From positions 434,001-498,000 of the forward strand of contig JAIVFI010000025.1 of NCBI GenBank assembly GCA_025558095.1: 64,000 nucleotides of DNA, given 5' to 3'. Within the stretch, counting starts at the first letter, position 1, and each line of letters begins with the position of its first letter. Source of the stretch: Hyaloraphidium curvatum SAG 235-1 (Eukaryota; Fungi; Monoblepharomycota). The translations under genes were made by a program, and so were the position numbers. Positions 44,789-56,949 of this stretch are shown here, piece by piece. A model generated the notes under the pieces. The model was not told the origin of the DNA. It worked only from the letters and a program-made list of their open reading frames with translations, and did no database searches.

Positions 44789-45609
44789 GGCAGGGGCGGG
44801 GGTTCCGGGTCCGCAGAGGGGGCGGCGCGCTTCCGCGGGCCTCGTGCGGCCGGCGCGGGGGGCGGCGAGGCCTGGGACGCCGGCTTGCCGGTACTCGCGT
44901 CCTTGGCGGTCTGCCCGCGCTGCGGCACCTCGAACGGCGGCACGTCCTCGTCGCGGTACCCGGCGTCCCTGAACACCGCGAGCCGCACCGCGCGCAGCCT
45001 CGCCAGCACGGCGTCGCGGTCGTGGGCGCCGTCGGCCAGCGCGGAAAAGAGCGCCTCTGCGTCCAGCCGCGCGACGAGCAGCTCGGCCTCGAGCTCGTTG
45101 ATGCGGGTCTGCAGCACGGCAAAGTTCTGCTTGCGGCGCTCGCGGAAGGCGGCCTGCGCGAGGCGGTTCTGCTCGCGGCGCTTGGGCGCCACGGGCGGCT
45201 TCTTGCGCGGCTCGCCTGTCTGCAGGGGCAGGAAAGGGAAGTTAGATATGCTTAAATCGTCGGATTTAGGCCGGAAGTGGCAGGCAGGAGCACGGCAGGA
45301 GCACAGACGACATCAGGTCCCCTCTGGCAACCCCCCGCTCCCGGTCCGCATCCCACCCGCTCCGCGCGAATTCACCTTTGCGTCATAGTCCTCGCCCTCG
45401 CCGTCCGCGTCGGGGTCGGGCGCGCCCGCAGCGAACGTCTGCGGCACCGTGACAGGTGGTCCGTACGGTCCACCCGGATATGCCAACTGTTGGAGCGCCG
45501 TGGCGGCGAGGTGGCCCGCCGGCGCCGGCTCCCCCGGCTGCGGGAGCAGCGGCGTGCGAAGGCCCAGTGTCGCGGCGGCAGACTCCAGAGGGTTCAGCGG
45601 GTTGGCCAT
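44416..45609 (-). CDS. bZIP transcription factor (YAP-like basic region), Q-rich C-terminus (2 exons)
   Basis: KRREQNRLAQAAFRERRKQ...LQTRINELEAEL; intron 45220-45375. Confidence 0.85.
44758..44787 (-). repeat. (CAG)10 coding microsatellite (polyQ)
   Basis: Ten perfect ctg triplets on the + strand. Confidence 0.95.
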
Positions 45610-46158
45610 TGGAGGCGCGGGACGGGATCCTCCTCGGAGTTGGTCAGCAGGTGCTGGTTACGTAAAGTCATCGGACCTACTTGACCTCACACCGAAAACG
45701 GTCCTCCGAATATTGGGGGAGGATCCAAAGTCCCTGAGAATTATCGGATGAGGTTGGATTGTACTCGGTGACCGCTCCCCAGAGGCCGAGAACCGCGGGC
45801 CCGGGATCCACCCCGTTGCCGCCGCGCCCCGAGGTCTCTCTAGTACGTGCGCGGTGAAACCGGACTCCCGATGTCAGCGCCAGTCTCGACATCACTCTGC
45901 CGGCCCGACGGCACACAGGTCGCCAGGCTGGCGCCCGATGCCCGGCTACGGATCGTGGCCCTTGCCGCCCGCGCCTTGCCGCCCTGCCACTTCCGCAGTG
46001 TGCGTAGTTTACAGCGCGGACATGCATACGACACAGCTGTACACCCGAAGACGCTCCTCTTATCTCGAGCGGCATCCAACGCCTCAAGACCCAGATTTTT
46101 TCCCCTTTTCGCATGCCTGTCCTTCCCTCCTCCACGTCCTACCTGTTGACACTACCCT

Positions 46159-48339
46159 TCAGTCGATCCCCCACCGCCCCGCCTCCTCCCCCTTGCCCTC
46201 CTTCAACCCCTCCGTGCTCCTCCTCGCCTCCCTTTCCCCGTGCTCCAGCCTGAGCTCCTTCCACCGCAGCTTGGGGCCTGCGACGAAGTACCGCAGGTTG
46301 ATCGCGGACACGGCGAGGGTGGCGACGGCGGCGGCGAGGGCGATGGCCACTGCACATCGAGGTGGTCAGCGCGCGATCACGGAAGCGGGGAAAGGGGACC
46401 CACTGAACACGCTCATCCCGCCGCGGGCGCCGTCGAACACGAACGAGGAGGGGGAGGCGAAGACGAGCCAGAAGAGGTAGCTGTCGAAGCCGATGCCGGC
46501 GAGGAGGCCGCAGAGGAAGAGGGCGAGGAGGGGGACGGATTGCAGGCGGGCCTGTGCGACAAGATAGCCACCGCACGATCGCCGGGCGAAGGTTGCGGAT
46601 GGGCGACGCGTAGTCAGCCGATGTACCCCGATCGTGGTATAGACCCGACGCACCGCAAAGAGCCCCACGGCGACGACGACGAGCACCACGGCGGCGGCGA
46701 CGATCGACATGCCGGCGACGAAGCCGGTCGAGGGGTCGTAGAAGAAGTTGCCGGCGACCATGTTGATGTATTGCTGTGGGGCAATCGCCGCGCACAACGA
46801 ATCACGATCAGTCCAGGAAGGTTCCGATCGGCGAGGTCCGGTGCAGACCCACCACCGCGAAGCCGACGAAGAAGAACAGGTCCACCTTCAGGAGGAGCAC
46901 GTAGAGCTGGTGCCAGAAGACCCGGCCTGTGGGTGCGGATACGAGCGAACGCACCGCCCGTCAGCGGCCTGAGATCGCTGACGCAGGCCGCACGGGCACC
47001 CACGCCTCACGGCCATGTCCGCACCGACCCTGCGGTACTTCTTCCATCCCCTGCGGGTCGAAGATAGGAGTTCTCCAGGTCAGTTCCGAGCGCAGAACCG
47101 ACGCCGTCCGCTTCCGACCCACCAATCCACGTACATCCTCCTCCCCAGCACCGCCCACCCCAGCAGGAACGCCCCGTTGATGGCCAGGATGGTGCAAGAG
47201 AGGATAAAGTGGATCCGGTACAACCGTGCGCCCTCGGATGCGCCGTAGTCGGCGTCGGGCCAGGCGACGACGATGAGCCGGTCGAGGTACTGCTCCTGGA
47301 CCACCTGTTCGGAGAACAACGTTGCAGGGTGACTTTCGTCAGCAGGCAGAACATGCGGGCGACACCCCCGTAGCTCCGAACCTGCACGACGGTGTAGGCG
47401 AACGAGCACGCCTGGAAGACGAAGAAGCCGAGCAGCTCGAGCGTGTTCGTGGAGCGCACGCTGTCCCACAGCAGGGCCAGGCCGACGTACTGCGCCGCGA
47501 GGAAGAGGCCGTGGTAGACCATGAGGGTCTGGAAGGCGACGAGGACGTCGAACCTGTGGGACAGGTTCATCGGACGGACGATCAGTTCAGTTTGGACCGA
47601 TCTCGCGCCGCGAATACCCACCAGGCCTGGGCCGAGCTCGGGGGGAATCTCCCGGCGAGCGTGGGCAGCCAGTTGATCACCTGGCTGTGGACCACCATGA
47701 GCGCGATCATGAACGCCGTGTTGACTGCACGGGCGAGTTCCGAAGCGGTCAGCAAGGTCTGTGCCGCTGATCGCGAAAAGCCCACGCACCGACGGTCTGC
47801 GAGATCCCCATCACCAGCGCGCCCACCACCGCCCTCTCATCCCTGGCCACCTTGCCCACGGTCTTTTCGCTCACCGCCGACAGCAGCGTCGACGCCCCCG
47901 TCGATCCCGTGGGCACGGTCGACGCCGCGGGGCCGCCGAGCAGGGCGCGGGGGACGGGGTACGAGGCGAAGGCGGCGGTGCTGGCCGCCGGCGTGACTGC
48001 GGGAGTGGTGGGCTCCGAGGCGGCGGGAAGGTCGGGGTCCGCGGGGGTCTCGGGCACCGCTGCCGACGAGTGGTGCGATTCCGCGGGCGAGCTGACCGTC
48101 GCTCCCCCGTTCCCCTCGTCGTGGGCCTGCCCGGCATGCGCCGTCGCCGAGTCGCGGCGCGCCTTGCTCCGCCGCATCGAGTCGGGGTTCGAGACGACGA
48201 GGTGCCGCTCGCCGCGCGCCTCGTCGGCCTGCGGCGACGTCGGCGACGGGATCTTGAAGCCGGGGAAGCCGTAGTTCGGGTCGATCGTGCCGGAGCGGGA
48301 GAGGTCCGCGCCGGGCGGCACGGGGAGCGGCTTGGACAT
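46159..48339 (-). CDS. Multi-pass membrane protein, UPF0658-like, copy B
   Basis: Inverted near-identical paralog of 32500-34663 with the same exon structure and stop position. Confidence 0.75.
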
Positions 48340-48526
48340 CGCGGGGGTTGCCTGAAAGATGACGCTGCTTGAGCGCGACGGCCCCTGTCTTCCGCGCGGA
48401 ACCGTCAGGAACAACTCCAGGAGCCGCAAACGGTGGTCTGACCTGTGTCGTGTCGCTTGCGGTGGAGCGACAGAGGGGGTGGAGCGGGCGCGGGAGATTT
48501 GGACACTCACCAGGTGGCTTCCGATC
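46159..48526 (-). repeat. Inverted segmental duplication, arm B
   Basis: Reverse complement of 32311-34663. Confidence 0.95.
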
Positions 48527-48856
48527 AGGCGTTTCCATGCATCGATCCCGCACAGCGTTCCCCCGCATCAGCAGCGCATGGAATGGAAACTGCATCAATG
48601 TCACAACGAAAACATCAGTTTCCGGCTTTTGGGAGGTGGCTCTGTTGCAGCCCACAGACCGGAATCCGTCGAGTCGAAATGACGTCAGCAACGACGCACA
48701 GGCGCTCCGGATGGTAACTCGGCGAACCCGTTGAGGCCGTTGTAGGCGCACGACAGGACCGTAAGCATCCATTTTAGTGCTAAAACTAGGCAAGGATGGG
48801 GCGGGGACGGATCGCAGGATCTTCCACCGTGTTCCGACCTCCGGGGGTCCGAGCTG

Positions 48857-50548
48857 CTACATCGCGTTGAACTGCTGCACTTCCCCGTCCCCGTCGCCCT
48901 CCCCGTCCCCGTCCTCCTCTTCCTCATCATCCTCCTCGTCGTCCCCGTCCCCGTCCTCCCCCTCAGACCCCCCGCTCTCCGTCTCCCACCCCTCCTCCTC
49001 GCCCTCGTCGTCGTCGTACCCCTCCTCGTACTCGTACGGCTCGAGCGACCACCCGCGGGGGCCGCCCCACTGGAGGCCGACCTCGCCCTCCTCGAACCTG
49101 TACCGCGGGGAGAGGCGTCGGCCCGGGCGCGGTCGCAAGGAAGCACGGGGGCCCACCGGTCCAAGAACCGCGCTTCGAGCTGCTCCCTCCGCCTGCGCTT
49201 GCCCCGCAGCTCGAACCCCAGTTCCTCCCACCCGAAGTACTCGATGCCCGACCTGAGCAGCGCGCGGACGCACCGCTGCCCCTCCGTCAGCACGAGCCCG
49301 GCCGGGGAACGATGCGGGGACGTACGTTGTCGAGGACCAGGGTGGTCGAGCTCATGTCGAGGTGTTTGAGCTTGGGCAGGGCGAGGAGGCGTTCGAGGTC
49401 CGCGGCGTCGAGCTGCGCGGCGTCGAAGCCGCCGAGGAAGGTGAGATCCAGCTGCGGAAAGCGGGGCGCAAGTGAGCGGGACGGGAAGCGGGCAGCAGCC
49501 GAAGGGTAACCACGTCGACGAGGTCCGGGAACGATTCGCAGAGCGTCCGGATGCCCTGCCCCGACAGGTCCGCCCCCGCGACCCCCAGCGCGCGGAGCTT
49601 CCACGCCCCCGCGCCCGCCGCGAGCCGCGCCAGCACCTCGTCGTCCAGATGCGCGTGGTCCTGCAGGTTCAGGCACTCGAGCGGGAGCCGCGCGAACGGG
49701 AGCACGTAGTCGGCCGGCCCCTCGGGCACCTCCGCGTCCGGCGGCTCGGGCGCGACCCAGTCGAGCTTCTCTATCCGCGGGCAGGCGCGCGCGACGAAGG
49801 CGCAGAAGTCGGGGGAGGTGGTGCACGGCAGGCCCACGATGCCGAGGTCGCGCAGTTCGGGGGTTTCGGAGAGGAAGGCGCGGAGGTGGCCCTCGTGCGC
49901 GAAGCGGGAGGCGGCGACGCGGAGGGTGCGGAGGGCGCGCGGTCGGATGTAGGGGAGCAGGAGGGGGAGGATTTCGGTATCGAGGTCGATGACCTCGGTC
50001 AGATCCAGTATCTTGATTGTGTGCAGCGGCGGCGGCTGTTCCGGCGACGCCGGGGCGATGTCCATGTCCGCAGCGGCGCTGCCGGGTCGGTCGTCGTCGA
50101 ACAGCCCGCCCAGCAGCCCGTCCTCGAGCGCGTCCCTGTTCCACGGCGCGCGCACCCTGCCGCCCGAGAGGCTCTCGACCATGCGCCACGCCTGCTTGGC
50201 GCCGCCCTGCAGGTACAGGTCGCGCAGCAGGTGCTCCATGGCGGCGGCGTGCCACGCGCGGCAGACCAGCGCCATGCCGGGCAGCAGGTCCTCGGACGGC
50301 GAGTCGTGGTCGGGGTCGTACAAATAGGCCGCGATGAGGAGCAGGATGTGGTGCGGGAGCGCCGCCGCCGACACGTTCCACGGGCGGCGCGGCGAGAAGA
50401 CGCGCGCGAGGCCGGCCGACATGCCGGCCAGCTGCCGCGTCACGGCACTCAGCGCCGCACTCAACATGTCGCGCGAGACGGGCGGCGCTGCCGGCGCGCG
50501 GCTGCCCCGCCGCCGCCGCCCGTCGGACGGGCCGTCTCCGGAGGACAT
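48857..50548 (-). CDS. F-box/LRR protein with acidic tail (4 exons)
   Basis: LPHHILLLIAAYL...ALVCRAWH F-box, RNI-like repeats (CPRIEKLD, LECLNL, LKHLDMS), D/E-rich C-terminus. Confidence 0.8.
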
Positions 50549-51013
50549 TGCGGCGCGTCGTCCGGCCGCTGGCAGGGTTCTTCAGGGCAGCGCAGCGTCT
50601 GGATCTGCCGTCCCGGAAACCTGCGAGGTGCCAAGGGATTCCGTTCATGGACTCGCCGCCTTCCTTCAAAAACCCCGGAGGACGACTTCCGGACGAAGCG
50701 TAAGCGGCTGAAGAAGACGAACTCATGAATCAAGATAGTTTCTCATTGTCAATCGTATCATCTATAGTCGATCCGCGGCTCCCGCCTACTTCACGGCCTA
50801 ACGGGTCCCGAATCCTCCTTCTCCCAAGTTTAGGTGGGCTACCGCCCCCTAAACCCCGCCCGGAGGCTCCGCCCCCGGACCGCCCTCGGACCCCGGAATC
50901 AAAGTTTGCTCTATTTTATAGTGCCGGGTCACCAGCCCTTCCGGGGAAGCTTCTTCCCCGCTCGGCGCTCTCCTCGTTTCATTTCGGTCGGGCGGGCGCC
51001 GACACCGCGAGGA

Positions 51014-51930
51014 ATGGACGCCACGCGGGCCGAATTCGAGCGTTTCGCGGCCGAAGTCTACCTCCCGGCCGTTGCCCGTGCGCTTTGGGCATGGAGGCCG
51101 AGCGGGACCTCGGGAGACTCAGACTCCACGCAAACCCGTTCTACGCGACGCTCCCGGGAGCCCGTCCTGCCGTGCTCTCCCAGGAGAACCCGAAGGATCT
51201 ACACGACCACATCGCTGCTGTGCGGAGGACGCTGCCGTCGGGGACCGCGCGCTGCGATGTCGATTCCGCACAGGTCGAGTTTGCCTGCAACCCGTTCTTC
51301 GCCATCGTGCGGGCCTCCCTGCGGTTCAAAGTCCCAGCCGATGCGAATCTGGGCGAGGAGCAAACGACCCTCGTGCTGCACCGCGTCGACGGGCGGATCG
51401 TCGCGGGCGCCGTGCACCGCGCCCGCCCGCCGTTCCCGGATCAGGCCGACCTGGCGCCCGCCGCCGCCGACTTTTCGGCCCTCCTGCTGGAGCAGCACGT
51501 TTCGAACGGCGTGGGCATTTTCCTCGGGACCGTCGCGCCGGAATCCTTCCGCGACCAGGCGTTCCCCATCCTGCTCTCGGGGCCGAACGGGACCGACCGC
51601 CTCGAAACCGTGCACGGCTTCTTCTCCATGATCCGCCCCGTGGGCGCCTCCTTCCGCCGGGCCGGCCTGCACACCTTCCGCGCCGTCGGGCCCCTCGTGG
51701 TACCCTACGGCCCGCACATGGGCGTCGTCCACGCGACCGCGGAGTGGATGGGGGCCGGGGGCAGGGTGCTCCTGCGGGAGTGCGCGGCCTACGTGATTCA
51801 TCGGCTGGATGGCGGGGTCATCATCACGGGGTTGGGGAGGGTCTACCCGAGCAGGGGAGGGATGACCTTGGAGGAGGCTTGGCAGGAGCAGGGCGTGCTC
51901 GGCGGCGCGAAGGCCAAGGGGAAGATGTGA
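51014..51930 (+). CDS. Hypothetical protein with two NTF2/SnoaL-like repeats; 5' structure uncertain
   Basis: Two segments ending TLVLHRVDGRIV and AYVIHRLDGGVI; ATG 51014 is in another frame and needs an intron or frameshift. Confidence 0.5.
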
Positions 51931-52570
51931 GGAGCACAAAAGGGACCCCTAGTTAGTTCTATCAACAAAGTGTGAAAAGTGTGCCACGGATCCCCCCCGA
52001 GATGCGGAACCCGAACATCTTGGCCCTGCGTTTTGCGTTCTTCATCTCGCCAATGAATCACTCGAGAAAACTCTGTAGACCGAAGCGGCCGCGAGCGAAA
52101 TGGGGCACCTTCCCCAACTGCAAGGATCGGCGCCCCGACTCACTCAGGCCCCCTTCCCCGCCGGCTCCGCTCTTCAGCACTGCTTCATCATGCCGCCCGT
52201 GTGAGTCTGTAGAGTCAAACGACTCTCCCATGAACCCTCCGGCTTTCCGCCTGCTCGGAGCGGAGCGATTTGGGCGGGCGGCTTCCGGCGAATAAGGCTT
52301 CACGCCACGGCCATGGCAGTTCGAGCGCACCCTGCCGAGACGTGGATACAACTCCATCTCATTCAGATCGATGTCCCATTCCTATTCGACTTGCAATGGG
52401 TTCGTTGGCGGCCATGCACTCCTCTTGCTATGGTGCGGGATGGGTAGGGACTGGCCGTCGGCGCAATTCGGAAATCAGATCGGTCCGGAGCTCCGCGTCG
52501 GCGCAATTGCCTGCCTTGCGCATTGGCCAAACCAGGACTCTCATCTCACCCCCTTCTATCGACACCCACG

Positions 52571-53302
52571 ATGATGGCCAAGCTGCTCGCCTTGCTCACC
52601 GGTCTCGCGGTGCTCGTCGCCGGCGCCGCGGGTGCCCCCGCCGCCGCGGGCACGACGAAGGTCCTCTTTGCCCGCTCCTGCGGCGAGTGTTTGGAGTCCA
52701 GCTTCTGGTCGGTTGACGTGCCGCGTTGGGACTGCCACGATGCCTGACTGGTCCCGCCCTTCCGCAGCGAGTACGGCTACCCAGGCGCCCCGGACGGCAG
52801 CGTCGCCTGCATCGTCGAGCAGGGCGCCCACGCCCTGTACCGCCGCTACGCACCGCCGGGGCTTACCTTCACCTTTGGCGCCGGCGACGACGGCCAGGCC
52901 ACCATCACCAAGTCGTCGGGCGGTGTCACACTGGATCTGATCTCGCCGGGCGGCCCCTCCTTGCCCGGCGGCGTCTTCCGCGCCGACGCGGACGGGCTGA
53001 TCCTCGAGCGGCAGTGCGGCGCGACCGACGGCAACCCGAGCTACATGATGTACCTCACGGGCACGGGGCCGTTCCGGCTCACGAGCTTCTCGATCGGCCA
53101 GAGCACCGCCCAGGCCGGCCAGTCCATCAGCATCACCAACTGCTCGCCCAACCCCGCGCTGCCCACTTCGGCCGGGGACGTGTCGCCGACTTGCAGCCAG
53201 ACGGGGCCGGGGGCCTACATGCTTGTGAGCCCCAACTTCTCGGCCTGCGGACAGGGGGTCCGCATCAAGAGCTTCACCATCGAGGTCGTTTCGCCCCCTT
53301 AG
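52571..53302 (+). CDS. Small secreted Cys-containing hypothetical protein (2 exons)
   Basis: Signal peptide MMAKLLALLTGLAVLVAGAAG; probable intron 52687-52767 restores the frame to the stop at 53302. Confidence 0.65.
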
Positions 53303-53613
53303 GTCGCCGAGTGAAGGCAAAAGGAACCGGAGCGATCGGTGAGTCGATCTACCCCGTCGTCGCGTGCGGCGATCGACGGCGCGACCAACCAGGTTCCTCA
53401 TTCTTTTAGGGATCGATGAGGAGAGTTCACGTCGGCTACATCTATAGGAGGGGACTAAAGGGAGGCATAATACGGACCAGTGTACACAATCAATCCATTG
53501 AAACGAGAACCGCGTGCTCGTCGACGATTGCCGAAAAGGGGTCGGTGCTTTGTTGACGCGACGCGATCGGCGGAAACCGGCTTCCGCAGCTATCGCGGAC
53601 GCACGGGCGCCCA

Positions 53614-54573
53614 ATGATCTCGCTGGCGGCGGCCCTCTCCCGGGCCGGATTCCCGGCGTCGACCCCGGCGACGCGATTGGGCGGGCTCACGAACCACAAC
53701 TACCTCGTGGAGCACGGCGGCTCCCGCTTCGTGCTGCGGATCCCCGGGCCGGGCACGGCCGAGTACATCGACCGCATCTCCGAGGCCGATGCTGCCCGCT
53801 CCGCCGCCGAGGCCGGGGTCAACGCCGAGGTGGTCTTTTTCGACCGCGACGGGCTCATGGTGACCAAGTACGTCGAGGGCGCGCGGACCATGTCCGCCGA
53901 CGCCTTCCGCGACCTCGACGCCGTCGCCCGCGCCGGCTGCGCCCTGCGGCGGCTGCACACCGCCGCCTCGCCGTTCGCCAAGGACTTTGACCTGTTCGGG
54001 ATGATTGACGGGTACAAGGCCGTGCTCGCGACGAAGAAGGCCGCGCTGCCGGAGGGCTACGACGAGCTGCAGACGCTCGCGGCCGACGCCCGCGCGGCCT
54101 TGCTGGCCGACAACGCCCCCAAAGCGCCGTGCCACTGTGATCCTCTCTGCGAGAACTTCCTGGACGCTCCGAACGGAATGCGCCTCGTGGACTACGAATA
54201 CGCAGGCAACAACGACCCCATGTGGGACCTCGCGGACCTCTCCGTCGAGGGCGGCTTCTCCCGCGAGCAGGAATCCGCGCTCCTCCGCGCCTACTTCGGG
54301 GGGCCCCCTCCCGCACGCGAGGCGGCTCGGGTGGTGGTCCACAAGGCCATGTGCGACCTGCTGTGGACGCTGTGGGGGGCGATCCAACACGCGGACGGGA
54401 ACCCCGCCGAGGACTTTTGGGCCTACGCAGTGACTAGGTTCGGGCGGTGCAGGGAGCTGATGGCGACGGAGGAGTTTGCCGAGGCCGTGGCGCTGCTTTC
54501 GGGCGCGAGGAAAGGCGGGGAGCGAGAGAGGGAGGGGGCGTACCTGGCGGTGCCGCAGAGCGGGTCTCTGTGA
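53614..54573 (+). CDS. Choline/ethanolamine kinase (APH-like phosphotransferase), bacterial type, intronless
   Basis: RLGGLTN, LRIPGPGTAEYIDR, Brenner-like CHCDPLCENF, VDYEYAGNNDPMWDLADL. Confidence 0.88.
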   Translation: MISLAAALSRAGFPASTPATRLGGLTNHNYLVEHGGSRFVLRIPGPGTAEYIDRISEADAARSAAEAGVNAEVVFFDRDGLMVTKYVEGARTMSADAFRDLDAVARAGCALRRLHTAASPFAKDFDLFGMIDGYKAVLATKKAALPEGYDELQTLAADARAALLADNAPKAPCHCDPLCENFLDAPNGMRLVDYEYAGNNDPMWDLADLSVEGGFSREQESALLRAYFGGPPPAREAARVVVHKAMCDLLWTLWGAIQHADGNPAEDFWAYAVTRFGRCRELMATEEFAEAVALLSGARKGGEREREGAYLAVPQSGSL

Positions 54574-54766
54574 GGTTCCCCGGGCAAACGGACTCGACTT
54601 CTGGGGCACGCTCAAATCATGCCAAGACAACTATCTCGGAACAAGAACCAGAGAAGCAAGAGAGATGTAGATGTAATGGAGAGGGGCCGTGTAGAGGGCT
54701 CCCGAGCATGTAAGCCGAATCTATTCATGTAATCGCTCCCTCGTATCGAGCCATGCCTGATACTAC

Positions 54767-55752
54767 TCAGTGGGAGTAGATGTTCCGCAGCGTAGTAACA
54801 CCACCGTCGCAGGCGTGGATCTGCCCCGTGACTGGCGGGAAAGGGTCAGCGTCAACGAGGTCGGTCGGCAGATTCGCCGTCCCAGCACCCACCGTAAGCC
54901 GAATCATCGGACAGGAGAAAGAGCGCATAGTACGCCTGCTCCCACGGCGTCCCCAGCCTGTTCTGCAGCGGTATGCTCACCCCCATCCTCGCAGGCGCCA
55001 CTCTATTCGCCGCCCTGCCCATCGGCGTGTCCGCGATCCCGATCCGCAAAACGTTGACCCTGGTGCCCTGGGCGGCAAGCTGAGACCCCGCGCTCCGCAG
55101 CAAACCGTCCAGCGCGGTCTTGCTGCTGTCGTACTGGATCGCGCCGGTGGGCTGCGCCGCGCCGACGGAGGAGACGAGCACCACCGAGGCGCCGGGGCGG
55201 AGGTGCGGCGCCGCGTGCTTAAGAAAGGAGAACTGCGAGATGAAGTTGAGCCTCATGGTGGCTTCGAGGTCCTCCACGCTCAGCGAGAGGCCCGCAGCTC
55301 CGATGCTGGCGCCAACATTTGCCACGAGGCCGTCCAACGGGCCGCCGAGCTTTTCCACGGCCTCGGCGACCACCCTCTTCACGTCCTCCTCGACTGACAC
55401 GTGCATCCTTATCAGATCCATTGTTTCCGAGCGCGGCAGCCCGCAACCCACCCGTCACGTCCCCGCCCAGCGCGACCGCCAGCGGACACGCGTCCTCCAT
55501 TCTCACAAGCTCCGCCGTCGCCTCGGCCCCCTCCACCGTCCGATTATGCACCGCCACCGCCGCGCCCTCCCGGCCAAATACGATGCACATGGCCCTCCCG
55601 TTGCCCGGGGGCGCCGACGCGTCCTCCCCTTCGAGCTTCCGCTGGCCCCCGGCGACGACGAGGACGCGCTTGCCGGCGAGCCGGCCAAGGCCGGGCGCGC
55701 GGCCGGCGGAGACGGGGTTCAGGGAGGAGTAGTTGGGCGCGGTGGAGGGCAT
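54767..55752 (-). CDS. Classical short-chain dehydrogenase/reductase (3 exons)
   Basis: GNGRA, NVG, YDSSK (YxxxK), RLGTPWE, FLLSDDSAY|VTGQIHACDGG. Confidence 0.88.
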
Positions 55753-55758
55753 CGCCGG

Positions 55759-56949
55759 ATGTTCGAAAGGGGATGGGAGACAGTTGTTGCGGCAGGGTGG
55801 AGCGCCGTTGGCGCAAGTTTGGCGGATCGTGTGACGCCCGGACTCGAGCGACACCGCACGACGGCACGCGCCGCGGAGCACCCGCGCATCCTGCTCGCAG
55901 CCGTGCTCATCGTCGCGTCGGCGTTCGTGGCGCCGCTGCCGGCCGGCGTGCCGGGTCTGGCGGATGGCCCTGTCGCCATTACTTCTCGTCCCGCACCCGC
56001 ATTCCCAGATCCCAACGCCCACCTCCCCGTCGATCCTTCCGCCGCCGCTGTGGGCATCGTCGGCGGTGCTCGGAGCTTCAACGACACGCACCCCTCGACC
56101 GTGTCGAACTTCCTCGGCGGCCTCGTGGCACCTTGGCCCGCCGATCGCGCACCCTGGCACGTCGAGGTGTTCGCCTACCTCGTGGTCGCCGGCTCCAAAT
56201 ACAGGAAGCAGGTCGCCTCCCTCGCCGCCGGCCTCCCTGGTCTGGCGTGGCTCCGAATCGACGCCTCGGGCCGGGACCCCGAGGCTCTCCGCGCGAACTT
56301 GGCGGGTGGAGACGCGGTGCTCCGCAGGCTGGCAGGCAACACCACCGATTCGATGCTGGGGAACTGGGCCAACTACTTCGAGTGCTGGCGGGCGATCCTG
56401 GACCGCGAGAGGAGCCGGGGTTGGCGGTACGCCGCGGTGATCCGGGCCCGGCCGGACTTCATGTGGGCTGCAAAGCACCCTCCCCTGGGCCTGCTCGCCG
56501 AGGTCGATCCCGGCGTGGTATTTGTTCCGGATCCAGAGCACTGGGGGGGCAGCAACGACCGGCTCGTCGTTATGCCCCGCGCGCTGGCGCCGGCGTTGCT
56601 CGGCGCCTCGGAATCCTTTGCCGATCCCGATACCAGTCCGACGCTGAGCATCCTGGATGGGTGCCCTGCGCAGGGATGCAACCCCGAGACGCTGCAGCTG
56701 CTCCTCCTGCGCCATCTGAACGCCACGGTGCGCGGCTTTCCGCCCTGTGCTTACCTCCTCGAATCGGGGGGGAGAGACGGGCTGGGGATCGGTTTCGCGG
56801 AGCATTTGCGGCCGGTGGCTGGGGGCGCAAGGTACCCGGACGAGAAGGCAGCGGTGGAGAGGGCGATGGGGTTGCTCGAGGACGGGTGGGAGGAGGCGTG
56901 GGGGAGGCGGGGGAGGAGGATGTTCGGGGAGATCGGGATTGCGGAGTGA
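55759..56949 (+). CDS. Hypothetical membrane-anchored protein, putative glycosyltransferase-like
   Basis: Hydrophobic anchor, then YAAVIRARPD, WGGSNDR and NPETL motifs reminiscent of uncharacterised GT-like proteins; start uncertain. Confidence 0.55.
   Translation: MFERGWETVVAAGWSAVGASLADRVTPGLERHRTTARAAEHPRILLAAVLIVASAFVAPLPAGVPGLADGPVAITSRPAPAFPDPNAHLPVDPSAAAVGIVGGARSFNDTHPSTVSNFLGGLVAPWPADRAPWHVEVFAYLVVAGSKYRKQVASLAAGLPGLAWLRIDASGRDPEALRANLAGGDAVLRRLAGNTTDSMLGNWANYFECWRAILDRERSRGWRYAAVIRARPDFMWAAKHPPLGLLAEVDPGVVFVPDPEHWGGSNDRLVVMPRALAPALLGASESFADPDTSPTLSILDGCPAQGCNPETLQLLLLRHLNATVRGFPPCAYLLESGGRDGLGIGFAEHLRPVAGGARYPDEKAAVERAMGLLEDGWEEAWGRRGRRMFGEIGIAE

Noticed and set aside
32311-48526. 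Composite transposon or giant element with terminal inverted repeats
   Set aside because: The arms are a spliced host membrane-protein gene; no transposase or recombinase inside and no target-site duplication recognised.
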